Source: a virus. Taken from it: a stretch of DNA of 64,000 nt. The translations under genes and the position numbers were made by a program. Where the stretch lies: positions 11,883 to 75,882 of the IMG/VR virus record IMGVR_UViG_3300031521_000042. One strand, given 5' to 3'. Each line of letters begins with the position of its first letter. Position 1 is the first letter of the stretch. The notes beneath the pieces are model-generated. The model saw only the letters and a program-made list of their open reading frames with translations. It was not told where the DNA came from and did not search any database. Positions 38,980-47,047 of this stretch are shown piece after piece.

Positions 38980-39378
38980 ATGGCTAAACTATCAATAGAA
39001 GAAATAATAGCTAAAAAGGAAGAATGTATAGAAAGAGTACAAATTAAAACTTGTTTAATCCATAGTAAATTTTTAGGTGGGGATTTAGAATTCCATTCTC
39101 TTTCCAGTGGAGATTTATCTGATATGAGAGATAGATTAAAGAAAGATACAAAAAAGGGAATGTTATATTTTATATTTATGTCTGCTGACGATTTAAGAAA
39201 TGAAAAACTTTTAAAAGCATATAATTGTGATAAGAAAGAAAATTTCAGAATTATTGAAAGAATATTTACTGAAGCAGAAAGATCAAAAATAATAGAAATT
39301 CTTCAAGAATTAAATGGATTAAATGACGTAAATCCAGATGAAATATATAGAGTGCAATTAGAAGAAATAAAAAACTAA
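38980..39378 (+). CDS. Tail assembly chaperone (XkdN-like, gpG analogue)
   Basis: Follows the tube gene; ends EEIKN at a slippery site. Confidence 0.8.
   Translation: MAKLSIEEIIAKKEECIERVQIKTCLIHSKFLGGDLEFHSLSSGDLSDMRDRLKKDTKKGMLYFIFMSADDLRNEKLLKAYNCDKKENFRIIERIFTEAERSKIIEILQELNGLNDVNPDEIYRVQLEEIKN
39369..39375 (+). promoter_or_regulatory. -1 programmed frameshift slippery heptamer A AAA AAC
   Basis: The -1 frame (AAA AAA CTA ATA AAG GGT GAT ATG) runs without a stop into ORF 39390..39578. Confidence 0.75.
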
Positions 39379-39389
39379 TAAAGGGTGAT

Positions 39390-39578
39390 ATGGATTTATA
39401 TACATATGCCCATTATATTGAGAAACACGGATTATCGTTAGATGAATTACAAAATGCAACATCGATGGAAAGGTTATTTTATACTGCAAGTATGATTATA
39501 ATGAAAACAGAAGAAACAGATAATCAAATTGCACTCGCTAAATTAACTGGTAAATTATCTAATCCATTTTTAAAATAA
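39390..39578 (+). CDS. Tail chaperone frameshift extension (gpT analogue)
   Basis: In the -1 frame of the chaperone; ERLFYTASM motif. Confidence 0.75.
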   Translation: MDLYTYAHYIEKHGLSLDELQNATSMERLFYTASMIIMKTEETDNQIALAKLTGKLSNPFLK

Positions 39579-39721
39579 TTAAATTAAAAAATATTGCAAA
39601 TAGAGATTTAATGTTTTCTATTTGCAATTAATATAATTTCTTTTCATTATTATCTTTAATGCATTTAACAATAGTATGAAATGTTGTATAATTATGTTAT
39701 AAATATTTCGGAGGGATAATA

Positions 39722-40063
39722 ATGAAAAGAAATTTAATATCTAAAGGTGTATCAAGTATACTAATAATAATTTCGATAATAGCATTAAAACCAATTGGAG
39801 TAAGTGCCTTCGATGGGCAAGGGTCAACTAATAAAATGACTATAGCTAATGAAAGTACAATATATGCAGACAGTTATCAATGGGATTATAGAAAAGGTGG
39901 TTGGATTTGCGGAACACCAGACCTAAACCAAGGTTATGCTAATGCGTGGATTTGTACAAATGGAAAATGGTATTATGTGAATAAATACGGGTGGATGGTT
40001 TCTAATACTTGGGTAAATAATTATTATGTAGACAATACAGGAGCTTGGACAAAAACAAGATGA
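39722..40063 (+). CDS. Secreted cell-wall/choline-binding-repeat protein (moron)
   Basis: Signal peptide ending GVSA; repeats WICTNGKWYYVNKYGWM, WVNNYYVDNTGAW; own -10 box TATAAT and terminator (about 40107-40144). Confidence 0.75.
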   Translation: MKRNLISKGVSSILIIISIIALKPIGVSAFDGQGSTNKMTIANESTIYADSYQWDYRKGGWICGTPDLNQGYANAWICTNGKWYYVNKYGWMVSNTWVNNYYVDNTGAWTKTR

Positions 40064-40471
40064 TTGTATGTATGAAAATAATGAATAAATTGAAAATATA
40101 CATGAAAAGAACTTAGTACAAAATGTGTGTTAGGTTCTTTTTTTGCGTGGATTTATAAGGTTGGAATATAAATAACAAATTAATATATAAAGTATTGACT
40201 TTGTTTTTAATTGGTAGTAATATGTAATTAAGTTATTAACAAATTAATATACAAAGTCAATACATAAATTTAAATTATATACTGCAATGATACTATTCCT
40301 TTGGTATCAAATTTATTAGTGAATACATAAGGAGTAATTTATGACTAAGGGTAGCTCCCTTAGTCAGATTATTCTAACTAGTAAAGGTAAAAAAAGGAAA
40401 GTAGTATGATTGGAATATATATGGAAACATATGTATTCACTAATAAATAAATTATAAGGAGATGTTTCAAT

Positions 40472-41434
40472 ATGGAACAAAATAAAACAAAGTTCATTGA
40501 CGAACTACAATTAAAGGAAATGGTTACTACACAATTATTAAGTTGGGAACTAACATTAAAGCAAAAAGGATTATCTCAGGCTACTATTGATAGAAAAATT
40601 CGTAACATTGGATTATTTTATCACTATATGACAGTTGAAAGACTCAATAGTAAAAATAATAAATTAAAAGTAGATAGAATGAATAGTTTAGCTTTTGAGT
40701 TAGTGAGAGATGGATTTTTCAGCGAAGATAATATTGAAAATGAAGGTACATACGGATATAGACAAAATATCTACTCAAATATAAGAAGTGGAATTAATTA
40801 TGTATATGAAGATTATTTTCAAGACAGAACAGAAATAATTAAAGAATTAACATTAGAACAAAAAGAAATTCTGAATGATGTTTCTAAAAATAAGTGGTAC
40901 AAAGTAAACGGGATACATAAAACGGAAGAAAGTGTAAATGAGAATATACAAGTAAGATTAATTGAACAATTAGGTATTAAAGTATATTTTGATGAAAGTA
41001 ATAAGCCTTATGTTCTAAGTAATGAATTAGCAGATATAATTGGAAAAGAGCCTAAGATAGTCATGAGAGATATTAGAAAAATAGTCGAAGAAATAGGAGA
41101 GTACAAATTTGTACCGTCCTCTATAAGTACCAATTTTGCTATGGTTGACGATAGTTACATAAATTCTCAGAACAAAGAACAACCAACTTACAGATTATAT
41201 AAAGATTTAATGTTGAAATATATTTTAGGAATGAATGGTAAAAAATTTGGAGAATTTCAATTAAAATACATAGACGCATTTAATTACATAGAAGAAGAAT
41301 ATAAGAAAATGTTAGTTGAAAACGCACAATTGAAAGAATCATTTTTAAATATGTATAATGAAGTTAGGAAAAGAAATCGTGACCTTCTAGTTATTGAACA
41401 CAATAAGAAGTGTATTAGTAAAAAAGTTAGTTGA
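40472..41434 (+). CDS. Rha-family regulatory protein with N-terminal integrase SAM-like domain
   Basis: Rha motifs SNELADIIGKEPKIVMRDIRK, YINSQNKEQPTY, LKYIDAFN; N-terminal GLSQATIDRKIRNIGLF. Confidence 0.7.
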   Translation: MEQNKTKFIDELQLKEMVTTQLLSWELTLKQKGLSQATIDRKIRNIGLFYHYMTVERLNSKNNKLKVDRMNSLAFELVRDGFFSEDNIENEGTYGYRQNIYSNIRSGINYVYEDYFQDRTEIIKELTLEQKEILNDVSKNKWYKVNGIHKTEESVNENIQVRLIEQLGIKVYFDESNKPYVLSNELADIIGKEPKIVMRDIRKIVEEIGEYKFVPSSISTNFAMVDDSYINSQNKEQPTYRLYKDLMLKYILGMNGKKFGEFQLKYIDAFNYIEEEYKKMLVENAQLKESFLNMYNEVRKRNRDLLVIEHNKKCISKKVS

Positions 41435-41471
41435 AACTTCTTAATAATAAATTAAGAAAGGAAATATAATC

Positions 41472-42971
41472 ATGAAAAAAGAGCTAGAAGAAATACAAAA
41501 AATAGAATTAGACAATTGTGTAGTGGAAATAAATAAAGCAAAAGATAATATTGAACAAAGTATTATAAAAATTGGTCAATGGCTAACTACTGCAAAAAAC
41601 CTAATGAAACATGGAAAATGGGAAGACTGGTTAGAATTAAATGTTGGTTATACTAAAATGACTGCAAGTAGATATATGAAGGCATATAACTTGATTAATA
41701 CAGTTCCTAAAGAAATTGAAGATAAAGTTGAAAAATTAGGTGGTACTAAAATAATAGAATTATCTACACTTAAAACAGAACAAGTAAAAGATATTGTAGT
41801 TAATAATGATGTTGAAAATATGAGTGTGAGAGAATTAAAAGAAATTGTAAAGGGGTTTAAAAAGTCAAATAAAGAATCTAAAAGTAACATCGATGTTACT
41901 TTTGAAAATGATACTAAAGAAATAATTGGAACGCCAAAAGAATTAATGCAACTAGAAGAAAGCGTTGATACTGAAAAGGTATTGTTAGATACAATTGTAT
42001 TAAATACTGAATTAAGAAATAGAACAGATTCAGATGAAACAATTACTATAACTTTGGTTGCAAGATTTGAAGCCAAAGAAATAACTTTTAAAGAGATAAA
42101 TGCGGTAATAATTAAAGAAAAATATGATTTACCAATATTTTTTAATCAGAAGTTATTTGAAGAATATATAGGAGATAAATGTAATCATGATTTATATTCA
42201 GACTATCAAAAATATGATTGTAATATGGATAAAAAAGAAGACAGGACATATTACAGTATATTTGATAGAGATTTAGAGTGGCAAGAAGCTATCAAATGTT
42301 GGGACGAAGAAGACGAAGGTGCAATTGATTGGAACAAAAATAATAATGTAGATAATAATACATATCAATTAATAAAAACTTATTTAGATACAACAAAATA
42401 TTTATGTGTGTACAAAGATTATAAACTTAAGGGAACATTTATAGATGGTAAATTAGATGATGTACAACAATTATGTAAATATGATAGCAATTTAAATTAT
42501 GATATTTTAGAAGCATTATACAATAAACTAGAACTTCAAATGACTTCATACGAAAAGAGACAAGAAAAAAGAGATGAAACTGATAGAATAGCTAGAGAAC
42601 TTAGACAACAGAAGCAAAAGAGATACGAAGAAGCATATAATCTTTGGAAAACTTCATATCAACCATACTCTATGGGTAAATATAAATTTGAAGATATTTG
42701 GGATGAATATGGAGAAATTAATAATTATAAGTTATGGAGAGAGTTATGTGACTTTGTAGATTCCCAAAGAAAAACACAACAGGACAGATGGAAAGATTAT
42801 GATTTTGGAGGGATGTTTGGAAGTGGTTCTATAACTGTTAAAGAAGAAGATAAGTCAACATATAAACAGTTTTATAGAAAATTAGCGATGGAGTTTCATC
42901 CTGATAAACTTGGTGGTGATACTAAGGCAATGCAATTAGTAAATGAGCTAAAGAAAAACTGGGGAATATAA
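41472..42971 (+). CDS. DUF3102-domain protein with C-terminal J-domain
   Basis: IGQWLTTAKNLMKHGKWEDWLELNVGYTKMTASRYM (DUF3102-like); YRKLAMEFHPDKLGGDTKAMQLVN (J-domain HPD). Confidence 0.75.
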   Translation: MKKELEEIQKIELDNCVVEINKAKDNIEQSIIKIGQWLTTAKNLMKHGKWEDWLELNVGYTKMTASRYMKAYNLINTVPKEIEDKVEKLGGTKIIELSTLKTEQVKDIVVNNDVENMSVRELKEIVKGFKKSNKESKSNIDVTFENDTKEIIGTPKELMQLEESVDTEKVLLDTIVLNTELRNRTDSDETITITLVARFEAKEITFKEINAVIIKEKYDLPIFFNQKLFEEYIGDKCNHDLYSDYQKYDCNMDKKEDRTYYSIFDRDLEWQEAIKCWDEEDEGAIDWNKNNNVDNNTYQLIKTYLDTTKYLCVYKDYKLKGTFIDGKLDDVQQLCKYDSNLNYDILEALYNKLELQMTSYEKRQEKRDETDRIARELRQQKQKRYEEAYNLWKTSYQPYSMGKYKFEDIWDEYGEINNYKLWRELCDFVDSQRKTQQDRWKDYDFGGMFGSGSITVKEEDKSTYKQFYRKLAMEFHPDKLGGDTKAMQLVNELKKNWGI

Positions 42972-43075
42972 TAGAAATGGACTGAATAAATGTGGATAAA
43001 TTTATAAGACTTTAGATATTATTAAATTAATTCTAAAGTCTTTTATTTTTATGCAATTAAAGGATATAAAAACTA

Positions 43076-43103
43076 TTGACATATAATAGTAAAAGAGTAT
43101 AAT
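43076..43103 (+). promoter_or_regulatory. Consensus SigA promoter for an sRNA
   Basis: TTGACA(43076)-16 bp-TATAAT(43098), with no credible ORF downstream. Confidence 0.7.
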
Positions 43104-43109
43104 AGAAAT

Positions 43110-43188
43110 TGTAAAGAAGTTAAAAACAAAATTTAGATAAAGAATTTCATGCGAATAAGATACTGAGTGCTACGGTGTCTTATTTTTT
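43110..43188 (+). ncRNA. Candidate antitoxin sRNA (about 80 nt)
   Basis: Lies between the promoter and the terminator aataagatact-gagtgctac-ggtgtcttatt-tttt; contains AAGAATTTCATGC, complementary to the start region of the convergent peptide mRNA. Confidence 0.6.
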
Positions 43189-43333
43189 ATATCTAAAAAT
43201 AGTAAAAGACAAGTAATATATAAATAGTCTACCATCTCACGTTAGTGCTAGTAACGTATATACAAGACCTTATAAAATTACTTATCTTTATATTAAACTA
43301 TCTTATCATTTGTAATTTTAGTTAAATGGAAGC

Positions 43334-43447
43334 TTAACTAAATATGTACTTAATAATCGGCTCTACACAGTTAAGTAGTGCAGTATAATATATTAATTTA
43401 ACTGTAACTAATTCTTTATCATTAGAAATTGAGTTTAAGAATTTCAT
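43334..43447 (-). CDS. Small peptide, candidate type I toxin (37 aa, not in the ORF track)
   Basis: SD GGAGG-8 nt-ATG; MKFLNSISNDKELVTVKLIYYTALLNCVEPIIKYIFS; promoter TTGTAA-17 bp-TATAAT on the minus strand (about 43520-43492). Confidence 0.6.
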   Translation of the reverse strand: MKFLNSISNDKELVTVKLIYYTALLNCVEPIIKYIFS

Positions 43448-43618
43448 GCTTATCGCCTCCCTTGTCCATTGTTATTCGAGATGGCAATATAATTATAACA
43501 ATGTATGTAAGCAATTACAATTTAATGGAAAATAAATTTGGAAAATATGTAAATATTGTAACATTCCCTTACAAATGGTATAATTAGAAAAATACTATTT
43601 AATAGGGGTTGGATAATA

Positions 43619-44542
43619 ATGAATAAAATATTTAAAAAGTTTATATCAATAGGAATAATAGCAAGTTCAATAAGTATATTACCTTTAACTGGGGCAAGTG
43701 CAGAATGGAAACAAGACACTAAAGGTTGGTGGAATGCTGAGGATAGTTCGTGGTCTAAAGGTTGGAAACAAATAGATGGCAAATGGTATTATTTTGGACA
43801 AGACGGGTATATGGCTCATGATACAAATATAGGTGGATATCAAATTGATAATAATGGCGTTTGGGTTCAGAACACTTCAAATACTGCAAATTCCAATAAT
43901 ACTAGTACAAATGTAAATAACATTAATTCAAATAACACTACTAATGTGACTAATAATATTAATAATGGCATTATAATTAATGAAGATATAAAAAACACAG
44001 CTTCTATAAATCAAAATAATAATATAGATGCAACAAATACTACGGGTAATAAAACATTTGACGGAACTAATGGGTTTAAAGATTTAGGCAACAATCAATA
44101 TGTATATTATGAAAATGGACAAATGTTAAAAAACACTTGGAAAAAATTTGATGAAGGTTATAGACATTTTAACAAAGATGGTTATATGGATTTCAATAAA
44201 ATTATAGACGGGTTAAGATTGGATGTAAAAGGATTATACCCTTTAAATAACAAAACTAATGATTTGATAAAAGACATTTTTATGACATTGAATCCTTATG
44301 TAACATATTTAGATAAATTTGGAGCTGGTGATTTAAGTTATATCATTGGCACGTATGATGTATTTGGAATAAGGTATGAAGTTCAATATACAGATGTTTA
44401 TGATTCTGCTAAAGATGGAATTATAATATCTATAGATAATTCATATGGCAGTAAGAATAGTCATTGGAGTGATATGAATAATAGTAATTTTAGTGGTGAG
44501 AAAATAATAAAAATTGGAAAATATATATCAAGAATCAATTAA
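43619..44542 (+). CDS. Secreted cell-wall/choline-binding-repeat protein (moron)
   Basis: Signal peptide ending GASA; EWKQDTKGWW..GWKQIDGKWYYFGQDGYM; Asn/Thr-rich linker. Confidence 0.8.
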   Translation: MNKIFKKFISIGIIASSISILPLTGASAEWKQDTKGWWNAEDSSWSKGWKQIDGKWYYFGQDGYMAHDTNIGGYQIDNNGVWVQNTSNTANSNNTSTNVNNINSNNTTNVTNNINNGIIINEDIKNTASINQNNNIDATNTTGNKTFDGTNGFKDLGNNQYVYYENGQMLKNTWKKFDEGYRHFNKDGYMDFNKIIDGLRLDVKGLYPLNNKTNDLIKDIFMTLNPYVTYLDKFGAGDLSYIIGTYDVFGIRYEVQYTDVYDSAKDGIIISIDNSYGSKNSHWSDMNNSNFSGEKIIKIGKYISRIN

Positions 44543-44576
44543 GGTTAATGAGTATAAAATATGTAAGACTAGCGAG

Positions 44577-45248
44577 TTATTTGCTAGTCTTTTTGTTATT
44601 ATTGCTAAAATATTTATCATAAAAGTATTCAAATGAATTAATAAGATTTTGTTTATCATATTCTTGTAGAATAGCTATACCTCCTTGATAATATATATTA
44701 CTCAAATATGTTATCATTGGTATAAATTCATTTCCCAATGTAGTATGAGATAAAGCTTCATTTAAGAAATTAGAATGTTCAAATATAAATGAATATAAAG
44801 GTATTGAATTTAGATTAATAGATGCTTTCCCTAAAAATCTAGTTAAATATTCTTGTAAATTATCAGGGAAAGTATAATTAGTTAGTAAAATTAATAAATT
44901 AGAATAAAATTTTTGTACTTCTTGTTCAATTAATATGTTTCTTTCTACGCCTTTTAATCTAGATGCCATATTATTTTGATTACTATTGTTTATTATATCT
45001 TCAAATTTAAAAGCACTTAGATTAATTTCACTAGATGCTTGTTTTTTCCAAACAATATTATAGCCTAATATTTGAGCAATTTCTAAGACTTCATTATATT
45101 TAATAGTGCCTCTTGTTAGTTTATTACTAATATTTTGTACAGTTGTTTGTTCATTTGGTGTTTTAAAGGCATTTAGCATATTTACTACACCTGTTAGTGT
45201 TTTTCCTTCTATTAATAAATGTTCTTTTATTTGTTGTTTTGCGTCCAT
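44577..45248 (-). CDS. HTH transcriptional regulator with C-terminal domain
   Basis: XRE-like TVQNISNKLTRGTIKYNEVLEIAQILGYNIVW; SD gaggtg; divergent from the gene at 45488. Confidence 0.7.
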   Translation of the reverse strand: MDAKQQIKEHLLIEGKTLTGVVNMLNAFKTPNEQTTVQNISNKLTRGTIKYNEVLEIAQILGYNIVWKKQASSEINLSAFKFEDIINNSNQNNMASRLKGVERNILIEQEVQKFYSNLLILLTNYTFPDNLQEYLTRFLGKASINLNSIPLYSFIFEHSNFLNEALSHTTLGNEFIPMITYLSNIYYQGGIAILQEYDKQNLINSFEYFYDKYFSNNNKKTSK

Positions 45249-45487
45249 AATATTTCACCTCTTTATATGTATACTATACCATAGTGAATACAAAAATTCA
45301 ACTTTAAATATAAAATATTCAATATAGTGTTGACTTTATAAACTAGAGAGTGTATAGTGTAATTATGGTAAACAAATCCAAGCTTACCAAATAAAAATAA
45401 GGCAATAACAAAACTGTTATCACCAAATCCCTCAACAAGATTAATGATAACACATGTTTGAGCCTAATTCAAGGGAGAGATGTTATT

Positions 45488-46012
45488 ATGGGACAAGTAT
45501 TAACAACAGAAAATGAAATAGGAATAAACAAGCCAATAGAAGAATTCTTTAATAGACTAGAAAATGGAGATTATAAAGTAATATTATATAATGGTCAAAT
45601 GCCATTAATGAAAGATAATTTAGCTGAATCTATGATAGAATTAATTACTAATGATTTAGATAGATACAGTAAGATAGAATTAATAAGTAATGACGCAATG
45701 GTCATACATACAGGTTCGGAAACAATTGAATTAAAGGGTTATAAGGATATGAGTGATGGAGAAATATTTGCTAGACAATATTTAGATACTTGTGAATATG
45801 AAGATTTAATCGTAAAAGATTCTTTGGAACAAGATGAGTTCAGAGATGATAATTTTAAGGATACTAAAGATTACTATAATAGATGCAAATATATAACTAC
45901 TATAAGAACAGTTCCAGAAGATAGTGAACATTATAATATGAATTGGGATTGCATTATAGTAGGGTTTGAAGACGATGATAATTTTTTTGAACAAATTTGG
46001 CAAAGAGCGTAA
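45488..46012 (+). CDS. Hypothetical acidic protein
   Basis: ORF after SD gggag; TTGACT-17 bp-TATAGT promoter at about 45330; terminator at 46045-46072. Confidence 0.6.
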   Translation: MGQVLTTENEIGINKPIEEFFNRLENGDYKVILYNGQMPLMKDNLAESMIELITNDLDRYSKIELISNDAMVIHTGSETIELKGYKDMSDGEIFARQYLDTCEYEDLIVKDSLEQDEFRDDNFKDTKDYYNRCKYITTIRTVPEDSEHYNMNWDCIIVGFEDDDNFFEQIWQRA

Positions 46013-46209
46013 TTTACTAGTATATAATTAATATAAAAGTATTTAGAACCTAGATATTCTAGGTTCTTTTTTATCCAACATTAAAAATATAACTTCATAT
46101 AAAACATAGATTTTAAGTAATAATTTATTTCATTTATACTCATTGACTTTTATACCATAATATGAAATAATTAACATATAATTTAAACTTTTATAAGGAG
46201 ACAAATTAT

Positions 46210-46968
46210 ATGTATTGTAAAAATTGTGGTATAAAAGTCAATGAAGAACAAGAAAATTGTTCAAATTGTGGAAATAAAAATACTGACATTAAAGTGATTC
46301 GTGAAATAAAAGAAATAAATAAAACCATTTTAATAGTAATATCTTTATTAATATTAGGATTATTAATTCTCGCTATATCTATAAATAGTATTAATTGTTT
46401 AATGATAGTAGTTTTATTTTTCTTTATGTGTTTAATTGCTTTAATTTTGGGAATGGTAAATCCCAAAATTGTTATAAAGTGGGGAGATTTAGAAAAAATA
46501 AATAGAAAAAATGTAATTAAATATTATGGAATAGGAGCAATAGTTCTTTATGTTCTTACAAGAGGTTGTGCAATTATTATGGTTAATAATTCTATGACTT
46601 CTTTACAATCATCATCTGCTATTTATTCTCAGCAAGGCACGACTCAAATAATAAAAGTTACTCCCAAAGAATTAAGTGATGATTATAAAGCAAATGAAGT
46701 AAATGCAGATAATAAATATAAAGGTAAGATTGGAGTTCTTGCTGGAAAAATATATAGCATTAGTGTAAGTGGTGGAAATCCAGTAATTAGCTTGGTTAAC
46801 ACTAATGATAAATATGAATATACAATAGCAGACGTACAGTGTCATTTTGATGATAATAGTCAATCTACTAAAATAGCGAATTTGTCAAAGGGGCAAATTA
46901 TTACTATAAAAGGTATTGTTGATGGATATTTTGTAAGTGTATCAATGGATCATTGCACAATACAATAA
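46210..46968 (+). CDS. Membrane protein: Zn ribbon, transmembrane helices and OB-fold (tRNA_anti-like) domain
   Basis: MYCKNCG..CSNCG; three hydrophobic segments; ELSDDYKANEVNADNKYKGK..LSKGQIITIKG. Confidence 0.75.
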   Translation: MYCKNCGIKVNEEQENCSNCGNKNTDIKVIREIKEINKTILIVISLLILGLLILAISINSINCLMIVVLFFFMCLIALILGMVNPKIVIKWGDLEKINRKNVIKYYGIGAIVLYVLTRGCAIIMVNNSMTSLQSSSAIYSQQGTTQIIKVTPKELSDDYKANEVNADNKYKGKIGVLAGKIYSISVSGGNPVISLVNTNDKYEYTIADVQCHFDDNSQSTKIANLSKGQIITIKGIVDGYFVSVSMDHCTIQ

Positions 46969-46984
46969 TTTTAAAATAATTAAT

Positions 46985-47022
46985 AAAAAAGATTATCTAA
47001 ATAATTTAGATAATCTTTTTTA
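46985..47022. terminator. Bidirectional intrinsic terminator
   Basis: aaaaaagattatctaaa-taa-tttagataatctttttt. Confidence 0.7.
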
Positions 47023-47047
47023 TTATGTCTAAAAAGGAGGTTATACA

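Noticed and set aside
43880-44050. aat/act-rich quasi-repeats
   Set aside because: These encode the low-complexity Asn/Thr linker of the cell-wall-binding protein.
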